64,000 nt of DNA from Dehalococcoidia bacterium (GCA_965237935.1 CBDEGW010000004.1:861340-925339), one strand, 5' to 3'. Numbered from the stretch's first letter, positions 41,023-51,026 are shown. The notes: generated by a model from the letters alone, not told the origin. Made by a program: numbers and translations.

Positions 41023-41163
41023 GGCCTTGCACCTAAAGTCCCACAGCAGACGTTTTTTCCCCACCCACCCACCCGATATGTCTAATTCCTGAGGGGACAC
41101 CCCTCAGACTCCCTGGCAGAGAACCCAGGTTCTCTGCACTCTCCTGAGTTATTGTGCAAAGCC
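41023..41163 (+). mobile_element. MITE-like repeat, subfamily A, copy A4
   Basis: GGCCTTGCACCTAAAGTCCCACAGCAGACG...GAGTTATTGTGCAAAGCC. Flanking 9-mers match 6/9. Confidence 0.8.
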
Positions 41164-41242
41164 GCGGGGGAGGGAGAAATCCTCTCTGAGGAGTCCAGCC
41201 TTCATTGCTTGACGACGAAACTCGTCGTAACGCGCTGCCTGC

Positions 41243-42589
41243 TTAGGCCTCCGAGCCCGGATGGCCCGGCGCTCCATACATGGGGCAGCCCACGCAAGAC
41301 CGGACCTCTCCACAAGGGGCGACACCCTGCCCTGAGCCCATCGAAGGCGCCAGACCACTGCTGGTCCTGGTCTGCAGCGGCTCCTTCAAACTCCCCCCAT
41401 CTCCGAACAGGTCGATGCGCAACTGCTTAGCCCTGGGTGGTCGTTGGCCTGGGAAGGCCAGGAAGGGCCAAGCCCGCTTCCTCACCACTCCCATAGCCTG
41501 AAGGTCACGCCAGTTGTCTATACTGTGGAGGCGTCGATTCTGCAAAATGCGCTGTGCAGAGGTGGGACCGACACCGGGAGCGCGTAGCAACTGCTCACGG
41601 CTCGCCGAGTTCACGTCCGTGGGGAAGGCGTCCAGGTTCTCCACGGCGATGGTCGTCTTGGGGTCTGACTCTAAGGGCAGGAACCCGCTATGGTCGAAGG
41701 CCAGCTTAAGCTCCTGATTGGAGAACTGGTATATCCGCTTCAACCAGTCCATCTGGTACAGCCGGTGCTCTCTTGCCATAGGGGTAGGTGGATGCTCCTC
41801 CAGAGGCGTGTAGCGGACCGGACGGAAGGCTGAGTAATAGACCCGCTTCAAGTTCCAGTCGCCATAAAGCTGGTCTATTCGACTGAATATGTCCCAATCC
41901 GACTCGTCGGCGGCTCCCACGACAAACTGGGTGGCCTGCCCCACGGCGCCGTTAGTGTCGCTGCTAGTCAGCTCATAGATCCACTTCATGGGCGCCAGGA
42001 TGTCACGTTCAAGGTCCTTCATAGCGCTGAGCTTTCGCATCATATCCGCCGTCGGCGTCTCAATGTTGACGGAGAGCCGCGTGCCCAACCGATAGGCCGC
42101 CTCCACGTACTGTCGCTCAGTCCCAGGCATCACCTTCATGTGGATGTAACCCTTGAAGCCGTACTTCTGACGGATCACTTCTACCACCTTTACCAGGCGC
42201 TCCGTGGTCTGGGAGCCGCTGCCCGCGATGCCGGAGCTGAGAAAGAGCCCATCTACAGTGTGGCGGCTTTGCAGTTCATTAAAGGTACGCGCCAACTCGT
42301 CCACCTTGAAGGCGTAACGTCTTCTGGGCACCCAGTGGCTGTTGGGGCAGAAAGCGCAGTCCATCTTGCAGAAGTCGGTGAACATCACCCGCATCAGGTT
42401 GATGAACTTTCCGTTGGGCATTGCCGCCCTGTAGACGCCAGGGACCGGGTTCTTCTTGGGGTCGGAGTAGGGGCCCCTCGATACCCTGGAGGCCCCTCCC
42501 TTTTCTGGCGGCGAAAGAATATCGTCGGAGGCCATACCTCCTAGAATTTGCAGCTTCTCGTAGGCATCGGGGGTGTGTTTGATTAGCAT
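41243..42589 (-). CDS. putative DNA modification/repair radical SAM protein (TIGR03916-like) with C-terminal helix-hairpin-helix
   Basis: CxxxCxxC radical SAM cluster (FCKMDCAFCPN) and an HhH motif (LLRAPGVGPTSAQRIL). AAGGAGG SD upstream. The last ~50 aa look like a non-conserved extension. Confidence 0.75.
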   Translation of the reverse strand: MLIKHTPDAYEKLQILGGMASDDILSPPEKGGASRVSRGPYSDPKKNPVPGVYRAAMPNGKFINLMRVMFTDFCKMDCAFCPNSHWVPRRRYAFKVDELARTFNELQSRHTVDGLFLSSGIAGSGSQTTERLVKVVEVIRQKYGFKGYIHMKVMPGTERQYVEAAYRLGTRLSVNIETPTADMMRKLSAMKDLERDILAPMKWIYELTSSDTNGAVGQATQFVVGAADESDWDIFSRIDQLYGDWNLKRVYYSAFRPVRYTPLEEHPPTPMAREHRLYQMDWLKRIYQFSNQELKLAFDHSGFLPLESDPKTTIAVENLDAFPTDVNSASREQLLRAPGVGPTSAQRILQNRRLHSIDNWRDLQAMGVVRKRAWPFLAFPGQRPPRAKQLRIDLFGDGGSLKEPLQTRTSSGLAPSMGSGQGVAPCGEVRSCVGCPMYGAPGHPGSEA

Positions 42590-42608
42590 AGAGTACCTCC
42601 TTAAAATA

Positions 42609-42624
42609 GAGAACGTATGTTCTC
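42609..42624 (-). promoter_or_regulatory. Cheo-type SOS (LexA) box candidate
   Basis: GAGAAC-GTAT-GTTCTC is a perfect 6+6 inverted repeat matching GAAC-N4-GTTC. It lies 20 nt upstream of the radical SAM start codon, just upstream of its SD. Confidence 0.55.
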
Positions 42625-42738
42625 ATACAAAGAGGTTCTCTGTCAAGGGTAGGGATCAGGAGATCATTGGCACCGATAAAAAACAGGGTCTTGGCCTAAG
42701 CTCTGCTGGCCCGCCACTCACATCGGTCTGGGTGTGGC

Positions 42739-43761
42739 TTACTGGGGCTGCTGCGAGATGAGATTGCTGCCGTCGTTATCCAGCTTGCTGCTGGCTCCGA
42801 AGGCATATCCTTTACCTTCTCCCTGGACGTTAAACATGCCCACCACCACCGGTGCCACTTTGCCGCTGCTTCTATTGCTACCCTCTTTGCACGGATCACC
42901 CACATTGAAGTAGCAGAGGGTAACGTCTATGTAAAAGATACCCCAGTCGTTGGGTATAGCCTGGAAAGTAATTACCCTCACCTCTCCCCCCCGCATCTTA
43001 ACGGACGCATATGGCGCTTGGCCGAAAGATAACGCAAATTCCGGCCAGACCAGTAGAGGGCTATTATCGTTGGCCAAGCAACCAAAATGAGGCTGGGCCA
43101 ACCCAGTGCAGAGACCCTGTTCCGGGTCGAAGGGCTGTACGGGAAACAGGTCCCCACCCACTTGCCCGGGTACGTAGGAGTATGAAGGGTCCATCCGTAC
43201 GGCGACCTGCCGCATATCTTTTTGGGCTGGGCTACTGCTGCAATTCAGTATATTGATGGTGTACTCTATGGGCTCACCCACTCGAGCCCAGTTCTGGTCG
43301 CCAGGCGTGCTCAGGTCCGTGTCGCGGCTGACGCTGGGGAAAAAGCATACGCCAGGCACCAGTACTGGGGTGGGCTCCGTGAGCGCCGTCAGTTCGCCGG
43401 GCACCGATACGGTAACTGAGACGTCCTGGTTGTTGACCCTATCCACCACTGTATGCGGTGTCCCAGTCGGCAGAGGCAGGGTGGTCAATATCCATTCGCC
43501 CTCTGATGCCACACAGTCGGCGAAACTGCCGTCCGAGACCTGGTCGCCATCGCAGTCGAACTGTTCCACGTACTGAAGCATATACAGAGCCTGCTGAGTA
43601 ACGGCACCAAGGGCGTACTGCACAAAGGCGCTTGCCCTAGACACCTTGACGAAATTCAGGGCGGCATCGACGTATCTTAGGGTGGGAGTCAAGCCTATAG
43701 CGCCTACCCCAAGGAAGATCAGCACCAAGACCAGGGCAAGGCCTCGTTGTCCCCTCATCAT
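42739..43761 (-). CDS. PilX-N-like pseudopilin / pilus assembly protein
   Basis: The N-terminal MMRGQRGLALVLVLIFLGVGAIGL... resembles the PilX N-terminal hydrophobic segment. Its start overlaps the stop of the upstream pilin gene (ATGA). Confidence 0.55.
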   Translation of the reverse strand: MMRGQRGLALVLVLIFLGVGAIGLTPTLRYVDAALNFVKVSRASAFVQYALGAVTQQALYMLQYVEQFDCDGDQVSDGSFADCVASEGEWILTTLPLPTGTPHTVVDRVNNQDVSVTVSVPGELTALTEPTPVLVPGVCFFPSVSRDTDLSTPGDQNWARVGEPIEYTINILNCSSSPAQKDMRQVAVRMDPSYSYVPGQVGGDLFPVQPFDPEQGLCTGLAQPHFGCLANDNSPLLVWPEFALSFGQAPYASVKMRGGEVRVITFQAIPNDWGIFYIDVTLCYFNVGDPCKEGSNRSSGKVAPVVVGMFNVQGEGKGYAFGASSKLDNDGSNLISQQPQ

Positions 43762-44357
43762 ACCGGCACCTGACTGGCCAGGAGGGCTCCGTAGACCCGG
43801 AAGGTCCTCTTCTCGGTTACGTCGGCGCTCCCCTCCAGCGCAGAGGTTACCTCTATGGCGAAGAGGTTGCCGCTTCTGGAGAACTGGACGCTGGTGACGT
43901 TCCGTGCCACGGTGGATGTGGTAGAGGTTGTCCAGGTACCAATACAGGTATCATACGTAGGTGAGGTCGGGTCGAGGTCCCAGTCATTGCAGACGCGCTG
44001 CTGACGCTGAAGGTCAGAGCCGGAGAGGCTATACTTTGCCTCGCTTCGCTTGTAGACCGCTTCCCCTCCTCCGTATTTATCGTACTGGTCGGCGTCGGTC
44101 CAGTCGGTCCAATCCAGCGTTAAGGAGGAGGCCCCCACAAAGTCACCGTCCACCGGCCTAGAGGCCTGGGCCAGGGGTATGTCTTTCCCCAGCTCTCGGA
44201 CCGCATTCTCCAGGGGCCTTAGGGCGGTTATCCGATCGTTATTTCGGTTGGTCTCAAAGACCATCTGGATGACGCTGACAGCCAACACCGGCAGAACCAG
44301 ACCTATGGACCCAACGGCCAGAAACAACTCGATAAAGGTAAAGCCACGCTGGTCCAT
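43758..44357 (-). CDS. prepilin-type N-terminal cleavage/methylation domain protein (minor pilin)
   Basis: MDQRG/FTFIELFLAVGSIGLV... is the class III signal (G-F-T-x-x-E). Confidence 0.75.
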   Translation of the reverse strand: MDQRGFTFIELFLAVGSIGLVLPVLAVSVIQMVFETNRNNDRITALRPLENAVRELGKDIPLAQASRPVDGDFVGASSLTLDWTDWTDADQYDKYGGGEAVYKRSEAKYSLSGSDLQRQQRVCNDWDLDPTSPTYDTCIGTWTTSTTSTVARNVTSVQFSRSGNLFAIEVTSALEGSADVTEKRTFRVYGALLASQVPV

Positions 44358-44358
44358 A

Positions 44359-44826
44359 TCACTTCTTCACGTAGGTGGTGAGATTCAGAATGGGCTTGCC
44401 ACTGCCGATGCGAGAGACCAATGCCGTGATCTTCTGAAGGGCGTTGTCGCCAGGAAAGTCTAGCGGAGTGGTAATGATGGCCAGGGAGAAGTCTGGCGGC
44501 GGAACAATAGTCACTGGATAACAACCGTCAGGATGATCATAGCAACCGGGGTCATTGTTGTAGGTCGCGGTCTTGATGTCCTCGAGCTGGGAGCGGGCCA
44601 GGGCCTCCGCCTGGGTCTGCTCGTCTACGGTGCCAGCGGACTTGGTGCCGGCGTTCAGGGTGGACATGAAGGCAACGCCCACTATCCCCAGGATGCCCAT
44701 GGCCAGGATAACCTCCAGCAGGGTGAAGCCGCCCTGGCCCCGCAGAAGAACCATTGAACAGCAGCGCATAACCAACACTCGTGGCAAAGTTCTTAACATC
44801 GGATGTCCGTTGCTCTTAGTGTTCAC
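44359..44826 (-). CDS. prepilin-type N-terminal cleavage/methylation domain protein
   Basis: ...LLRGQGG/FTLLEVILAMGILGIV.... The true start is probably an internal Met (MVLLRGQGG, about nt 44754). Confidence 0.7.
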   Translation of the reverse strand: MNTKSNGHPMLRTLPRVLVMRCCSMVLLRGQGGFTLLEVILAMGILGIVGVAFMSTLNAGTKSAGTVDEQTQAEALARSQLEDIKTATYNNDPGCYDHPDGCYPVTIVPPPDFSLAIITTPLDFPGDNALQKITALVSRIGSGKPILNLTTYVKK

Positions 44827-44963
44827 CTAGAAGAGTGAATTGAACAGAGATTTGAGGTTCAAAAGAAAGACCTGTAAGGCTAAAGAGAAAGACCCTTCTG
44901 GTTAGCCCGTGTAGGTCAGTGGTACACTCTACCCACTAGACTGCCGGTCCAAGGAGGAGTGCG

Positions 44964-46340
44964 ATGGCCGACAAGCAGACCTCTGACACGAGCGTCATAG
45001 AGCGACTGGCCCAGTACATGGTGGCAGCGAGAAGCGCAAAGCTTCCCCCGGAGGTGGCTCAGAAGGCCCGGCACCATATCCTGGATACCATCGCCGCAAT
45101 GGTCTCGGGTGCCTCGCTGGAGCCCGGCAGGCTCGCCATCGGCTATGCCCAAAGTCTAGGCGGAACGCCCGAAGCGCAGGTGGTGGGCTCCTCCATGGTG
45201 ACCTCCGCAGTGAACGCAGCTCTGGTCAACGGCATGCTGGCTCATGCTGATGAGACTGACGATTCTCACGCCCCATCTGGGACTCATCCGGGTTGCGCCG
45301 TTGTGCCGGCGGCCTTAGCCATGGCCGAACGGGCCAACGGAAACGGCGAGACCCTCCTCAACGCCGTAGTCCTGGGCTACGACGTTGGATGCAGGACCAT
45401 GCGAGCCCTACGTCCTAACGAACCCCTGGAAGGAAGGACCTTCAGCAGCCACAGCATCGGTGGTGTCTTTGGCGCCGCGGCGGCGGCCAGCGCATTCATG
45501 GAGATGACGCCTATTCAGGTACGCCATCTCTTCTCCTACACCGCACAGCAGGCCTCTGGGATACCCTCATGGGTGACCGACCAGGAGCATATAGAGAAGG
45601 CCTTTGACTTCGGTGGTATGCCCGCTCGCAGTGGCGTGGCGGCGGCCACCATGGTAGCGGCGGGATTTACGGGAGTGTGGGATGTCTTTGAGGGAGACCG
45701 GAACTTCTTTCAGGCCTTCTCACCCAGCGCCAACAGGGAGGAGCTGCTCAATGAGCTGGGGAGCCGCCACGAGATCATGCTAACCAACATCAAGAAGTAC
45801 TGCGTCGGCTCGCCCATCCAGGCAGCCGCAGATGCCCTCCTGAACATTATGCGGGAGCACCAGGTGAGAGCCACGGACGTGGAGCAGATGACCGTCACCC
45901 TATCCGAAGGCGGCGCTCGTACGGTGAACGACCGGCATATGCCGGACATAAACCTGCAATATATGCTGGCCACAACCCTCCTGGATGGGGAGCTGACCTT
46001 CGTGGCGGCCCATGACTACCCTCGGGTGACCGATCCTCAAGTCCTGGAGTTAAGGAAGCGCATCGAATTGCGGGGCGACAACTCCCTTGTCACGCCGGAA
46101 AGCCCACGACAGGCAGTGGTGGAGCTGACGACCAGAGACGGCCACCGCTTCCGAGATCATGTGGTAACGGTGCGGGGCACCGCTGAAAACCCTATGACCA
46201 CCGAGGAGGTGGAGACGAAGGCCCGGGAGTTGCTGTTGCCCAGCCTCGGCGAAACGAGGACAGAGGGTCTGATAGCTATGGTCCGCAATCTGGGGTCCTT
46301 GTCCACTGTTCGAGAGCTCCGACCGCTACTGACCGGCTAG
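44964..46340 (+). CDS. MmgE/PrpD family protein
   Basis: 458 aa with ...ARHHILDTIAAMVSGA... and ...AHADETDDSH... motifs typical of 2-methylcitrate dehydratase-like proteins. Confidence 0.85.
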   Translation: MADKQTSDTSVIERLAQYMVAARSAKLPPEVAQKARHHILDTIAAMVSGASLEPGRLAIGYAQSLGGTPEAQVVGSSMVTSAVNAALVNGMLAHADETDDSHAPSGTHPGCAVVPAALAMAERANGNGETLLNAVVLGYDVGCRTMRALRPNEPLEGRTFSSHSIGGVFGAAAAASAFMEMTPIQVRHLFSYTAQQASGIPSWVTDQEHIEKAFDFGGMPARSGVAAATMVAAGFTGVWDVFEGDRNFFQAFSPSANREELLNELGSRHEIMLTNIKKYCVGSPIQAAADALLNIMREHQVRATDVEQMTVTLSEGGARTVNDRHMPDINLQYMLATTLLDGELTFVAAHDYPRVTDPQVLELRKRIELRGDNSLVTPESPRQAVVELTTRDGHRFRDHVVTVRGTAENPMTTEEVETKARELLLPSLGETRTEGLIAMVRNLGSLSTVRELRPLLTG

Positions 46341-46982
46341 TGGCTGCTGAGATAGGCTTCCAAAGGGGCTCCAGCCCTATGCTCAGGATGAGGCTTCCAC
46401 TATGGGGCCCTTTATGCTTTGCTCCAGAACGTCCAGGGCACCACGAAAGTCCGAGGGCACGAGGCCCAGCGCGTCGGCGGGAAGGCTGCCCGCTAGGTCT
46501 ATGAACACGGGCACCAGGGCCGACTCTGTCAGGGCCTTGCCCAAGTGCTGTTTGGCACCGGGCACCTGGGGAAAGTTGGCGACGATACTAGCCGCCAATC
46601 CTTCATCCGCTATCTCGGCATTGTAGGTTAGGTGTGCCATGCCGATGATGGCTGCTGCAGATAAAGCGGCGCCGGCAGCTAGACCCATGGCCACACCCCC
46701 CAGCCTATCGACGAATCCTAGGAGAAGGATAGTGGCGATCCTCCGCACTATGACAGCGATGACCACAGCTACGATGACGGCCATCAGGATGATCAGGAAG
46801 TAGGAGACAATGGTAACCACAGACTCCTTTGTAGCGGCCTGGGCAATGGGTACGGGCAAATTCCCCACAAAGAGGTGGTCGGTGAGCCATGCGCTAAGAT
46901 CGCCGCTAATATGGCCGGCCAGCAATATTCCCACCAGGACCCCGACTGCCAAGAAGGCGGTCTGTATCAGCCCGGTTCTAAG

Positions 46983-48686
46983 CCCGAATCCACCGAAGGA
47001 CGTCCTTGGGGACAGCCCTTGAAGAAGGCAGAGGGTGCTCCTCTGAATCTGGGATAATGGTTTTGGAACAGAAACCCGCCCGGAAACAAGGAGCACCCAA
47101 TAGATGCTGCCACAGAACAAACCCGACCGTATCCGCATCCTCTTTGACGACCATCGCCTGGTGGCCAATGCCGGCCTGCTCCTGCCGGCCACCCTAGCCC
47201 GGCACCTGGGCCTGCGGGAACTCGTCGACCATCACCTTGACCTCGGCGGAGCGCCGGGACGGGCGAACACTGGGGACAAGATGCTGACGCTGGTCGCTTC
47301 CGCGCTGGCAGGCGGCGACTGCATCGACGACGCCGATGCGCTGCGCGCTGGTGGGACGGTCGGTGTTCTAGGCTGCGTGGTCAAGGCGCCATCCACCCTG
47401 GGGACCTTCCTGCGCAGCTTCCGGTGGGGGCATGTCCGTCAACTCGACCGCGTGAGCCGCCAGTTGTTGGCCCGGGCCTGGGCCGCTGGGGCCGGACCCG
47501 GCGACTCGCCCCTGACCATCGACCTGGACTCGACCATCTGCGAGACCTATGGACTGGCCAAGGAGGGAGCGCGCCACCACGGCTATACCGGCGCCCGCGG
47601 CTATCACCCACTGCTGGCCATTGCCGCCGGCACCGGCGAAGTGCTGATGTCCCGGCTGCGCGAGGGCCGGGCCAACACCGCCCGTGGCGCCGCCCACTTC
47701 CTGCGTGAGACGGTGGGGCGGGTGCGCTACGGCGGGGCCAGGGGACAACTCACGGTGCGGGCCGACAGCGGCTTCTACGCCCACACTGTCGTTGCCGCCT
47801 GCCGGGAAATGGATGTCCGCTTCTCTATCACCATCCGCCAGCGCGCCAGCCTGCGGGACCTGATCGAGGCGATACCAGAGGAGGACTGGACTCCCATTCC
47901 CTACTGGATGGACGGTGCCGCCGATGTCGCCGAGACGACTTACACCCCGTTCCAGACCAAGCCGGACGCCGCGCCGGTGCGGCTCATTGTCCGGCGGGTG
48001 AAGCCGACGCCCGGTTCCCAGCTCGCCCTCTTCGCCAGATACAGCTATCACGCCTTCATCACCGACCGCGATGGGGAGACGCTGGAACTGGAGGCCGATC
48101 ATCGCCGCCACGCCGAGGTCGAGAACGCCATACGCGACCTCAAGTACGGCGTCGGGCTGAACCACATGCCGTCGGCGCGCTTCGCCGCCAACGGCGCCTG
48201 GCTGGCGGTCCAGGTGATGGCGCATAACCTGGCCCGCTGGACGGCGCGGATTGGTCTGGGCGAGCGGACCGTGATCACCAAGACCCTCAGGCGGCGGGTC
48301 TTCGCTCTGGTGGGACGGATCACCCGCTCGGCGCGCCGCCTCACTTTGCATCTCCCCCGGCGCTGGCCTTGGGAAACCCAGTTCAGTCGCGCCTTGGCCC
48401 GGCTGCAAGCCATTCCGTTCCCGGCCTGACGGCCAGCCTGCAACTGACCCAACGTCCCCGCAATCTCGCGCCACCCCGGTCGCGAGAGTCCCCTGCTGCG
48501 TATCCTCTCGCCATCCCGCGCATCGCAACTCCCGCATAGGGCCTTAGGGGCCCTGTGCGGCGACTGAAGACCGTCCGCCGGCCTCCCATCTACCCCAAGA
48601 CCCCAGGCCATCTCCCCTGTAGCTCCCTCACCCACCCCCTTCCGCTGTCCTCACGCCGTCCATCGGTGTCCTTCGGTGGATTCGGG
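46983..48686 (+). mobile_element. IS1380-family insertion sequence, copy 4
   Basis: Same element. Flanking direct repeat CTAAG (46978-46982 and 48687-48691). Confidence 0.92.
47104..48429 (+). CDS. IS1380-family DDE transposase
   Basis: Identical 441-aa protein. Confidence 0.9.
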   Translation: MLPQNKPDRIRILFDDHRLVANAGLLLPATLARHLGLRELVDHHLDLGGAPGRANTGDKMLTLVASALAGGDCIDDADALRAGGTVGVLGCVVKAPSTLGTFLRSFRWGHVRQLDRVSRQLLARAWAAGAGPGDSPLTIDLDSTICETYGLAKEGARHHGYTGARGYHPLLAIAAGTGEVLMSRLREGRANTARGAAHFLRETVGRVRYGGARGQLTVRADSGFYAHTVVAACREMDVRFSITIRQRASLRDLIEAIPEEDWTPIPYWMDGAADVAETTYTPFQTKPDAAPVRLIVRRVKPTPGSQLALFARYSYHAFITDRDGETLELEADHRRHAEVENAIRDLKYGVGLNHMPSARFAANGAWLAVQVMAHNLARWTARIGLGERTVITKTLRRRVFALVGRITRSARRLTLHLPRRWPWETQFSRALARLQAIPFPA

Positions 48687-48872
48687 CTAAGGCCTATATA
48701 AGAACCCATAGCCAGGATGGCGATGAAGACCAGGTCCAGCCAGTTCATAGCTTATAAGGCATATTATTTCACGGCCTTTTACCCGCGATAAGTGACGGAG
48801 GCCTAGCAAATGGCACCTATTCAGGTTCATGGGAATGCGCCAGTAGGTCGAGCAGACTGCGACCTGCTATAG

Positions 48873-49310
48873 TTGAGTTCAACATGTGGAGTGCGGCCTG
48901 CCCTCACATCCACACACGAGAAACGACTATGGGAGGCCGCCTTGCTGACGCTGGCTAGCTGGTACCAGAGGGATAACTGGCGTGGGAGGCCGATGAGGAT
49001 CTCCAAATACGCCGGGCGCGGAATTAAGAAGTCCCCATACAACTGGGGCGTGGTGTCCTGCCTGGTGCCGGACTGGTCCCTGGTCAAAGCGATCCGCAGC
49101 GGCAGCATCTCTCTGGATGAGTACTCCTCGGCCTACCTTCGAGGCCTTGAGGAGAGGTGGGATGAGGTGTCCGCCTGGCTCTCCTCACTGACCCCCAGCG
49201 AGGACTTTACCCTCCTCTGCCACGAGCGTGAAGGGGAGTTCTGCCACCGGTGGCTGGTCGCCGATCTGGTCAGGGAACACCGGCCGGACATCCCCATCGA
49301 TTTGCGCTGA
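48873..49310 (+). CDS. DUF488 family protein
   Basis: ...LLTLASWYQ...MRISKYAGRG...LVPDWSLVKAIRSGSISLDEYSSAYL...FTLLCHEREGEFCHRWLVADLV matches the DUF488 pattern. The real start is probably the internal TTG near 48942. Confidence 0.65.
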   Translation: MSSTCGVRPALTSTHEKRLWEAALLTLASWYQRDNWRGRPMRISKYAGRGIKKSPYNWGVVSCLVPDWSLVKAIRSGSISLDEYSSAYLRGLEERWDEVSAWLSSLTPSEDFTLLCHEREGEFCHRWLVADLVREHRPDIPIDLR

Positions 49311-49332
49311 GCTCCGTTTTTACGTGGGCCTC

Positions 49333-49475
49333 GGCCTTGTGCAAAAAGTCCAATAGCAGACGTTTTCTTTCCCGCCCACCCACCCAATATGTCTAATTCC
49401 TGAGGGGACACCCCTCAGACTCCCTGGCAGAGAACCTAGGTTCTCTGCACTCTCCTAGGGTTTTTGTGCAAAGCT
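49333..49475 (+). mobile_element. MITE-like repeat, subfamily A core with subfamily B-type right end, copy A5
   Basis: GGCCTTGTGCAAAAAGTCCAATAGCAGACG...CTCCTAGGGTTTTTGTGCAAAGCT. CGTGGGCC is present on both flanks (left copy offset by 2 nt). Confidence 0.8.
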
Positions 49476-49569
49476 CGTGGGCCCTAAGGGCGATGAGTCT
49501 CCCTACTATTCTTCACACGTCTGGGTGGCCTCAGCAGCGGAGCGCCGGAGGTACACGAACCGTAGCCAG

Positions 49570-50649
49570 CTAGCTCACCATCGTCCCCAGGAGCTCTCGA
49601 ATACGGTCCGTGGTCTCGGCCCAGGTGGGATGGGTGCCGAAATCCCGGTAGGCCTCCAGGCTCATCTGCACCAGGCGTTCCCGATCATGGCTCAGCTCCT
49701 GCAGATGCACCGCCAGGGCCGACGCGTTCGAGGGGTTTACCAGGAACCCGTTGCGGCCATGATCGATAGTCTCGCCCGCCGCTCCGGCGATGGAGCCGAT
49801 TGAGGGCACCCCAAAGCCCTGGGCCTCGACGTAGACGATGCCGAAAGCCTCGTACAGGGAGGGCACCGCCAGAAGATGACTTTGGGCCAGGCGCGAGGCC
49901 ACCTCCTGGTTGGGCCGGGCGCCCAGCAGGGCAACGTTGTCGCTAATACCGCTACGCCCGATCTGGCGACGTATGGTGCCAACATATGAGGGGTCCATGG
50001 TCAGGCTGCCCAATGCCGTCAGACGCCACTCTTTCGATGGCAGGCGTGCCAGGGCCTCCAGAAGGAGATGCAACCCCTTTCGCGGGATGAGGTTTCCGAC
50101 GAAGAGAACCCGCAGGGGGCCGGGGTCCCTCGCTCGTGCGGTGATCTGCTCTGGGGTAAGAGCAGGGCTCAGGTGGTCGCGGCCGGGGTAGGCCACAACC
50201 CCTAGAGGGTTAGGCCCTACCTGACCCTCCACCAGGTCGCGGGTGGCCACGCTATTAAAGATGAAACCATCCACAGTACCCAGATACCGTTCTTCCACCC
50301 ATCGATACAGCCATTTCCGCCATGCCCGGTGCGGCTCCGTCCAGCGCAGCAGGTGAATGATGGACACCAAGGGATAGCGGACGGCCTTTCGCAGCCGGCG
50401 GTTGGTCCAGACCAGCGAAGGGTGGCAAAGCTCGTCCTGGAGCAGGACGTCGAAGTCTGCCTGGAGGAGCCTCTGCAAGAGGTTGCGAGAGAAGTTATCG
50501 ACCAAGTGGCGAGGGTAGTTTCGCCACGGCAGTGAGATGACCTCTACCTGATCGCCCAGACGACGCAGGTGCTGCACCAGCGTCCGGTCATAGAGGAAGC
50601 CGCCGCTTATGTTGTCCAGGCTCCCATAGATGACCAGACCGACTCGCAC
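49570..50649 (-). CDS. glycosyltransferase family 4 (GT-B, group 1)
   Basis: C-terminal EX7E-type region (...YEAFGIVYVEAQGFGVPSIG...). 359 aa. The GTG start overlaps the stop of the upstream PTPS gene by 1 nt. Confidence 0.8.
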   Translation of the reverse strand: MRVGLVIYGSLDNISGGFLYDRTLVQHLRRLGDQVEVISLPWRNYPRHLVDNFSRNLLQRLLQADFDVLLQDELCHPSLVWTNRRLRKAVRYPLVSIIHLLRWTEPHRAWRKWLYRWVEERYLGTVDGFIFNSVATRDLVEGQVGPNPLGVVAYPGRDHLSPALTPEQITARARDPGPLRVLFVGNLIPRKGLHLLLEALARLPSKEWRLTALGSLTMDPSYVGTIRRQIGRSGISDNVALLGARPNQEVASRLAQSHLLAVPSLYEAFGIVYVEAQGFGVPSIGSIAGAAGETIDHGRNGFLVNPSNASALAVHLQELSHDRERLVQMSLEAYRDFGTHPTWAETTDRIRELLGTMVS

Positions 50650-51026
50650 TAACGCTCCTGCCTGTAGGAGGCCCAGGCCACCTGGTTTTCCCAGATCTTG
50701 ACGGTGGTTGCCTTCAAGTTGGGGGCCTGAATGCGGTCAGAGAGGGAGTGGCTAAAGATGCGAGCGAAGTGCTCGACGCTGGGGTTAAGCCCCTCGAACT
50801 CAGGCAGGTCGTTCAGGGTCGCATCCCGGTAGCGGGCCACCAGCTCTTCCAGGTTCCTCTCGATATCAAGGATGTCCACCAGGTAGCCATGCTGGTCCAG
50901 GGTTGCGCCTTCCAGTTGGATCTCCACCTCGTAGTGATGCGAGTGCAACCGGTTCTCGGAGCCCCAGTCGCCACCTACAAGGTAATGCTGAGCCACGAAA
51001 TCTCTTTTTACGGAAACGGTATACAT
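50649..51026 (-). CDS. 6-pyruvoyl-tetrahydropterin synthase / QueD-family protein (catalytic Cys not evident)
   Basis: ...FVAQHYLVGGDWGSENRLHSHHYEVEIQLEG..LDQHGYLVDILDI... follows the PTPS fold pattern, but has LHSHH where the usual CxxxHGH occurs. Confidence 0.7.
   Translation of the reverse strand: MYTVSVKRDFVAQHYLVGGDWGSENRLHSHHYEVEIQLEGATLDQHGYLVDILDIERNLEELVARYRDATLNDLPEFEGLNPSVEHFARIFSHSLSDRIQAPNLKATTVKIWENQVAWASYRQER

Larger units (their letters stand above)
46383..48748 (-). pseudogene. cvpA: CvpA-family membrane protein split by IS1380-family copy 4
   Basis: The first 20 codons (MNWLDLVFIAILAMGSYIGL, start 48748) lie on the far side of the IS. Removing 46983-48686 plus one CTAAG joins them in frame to ...RTGLIQTAFLAVGVLVGILLAG.... 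Confidence 0.8.
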
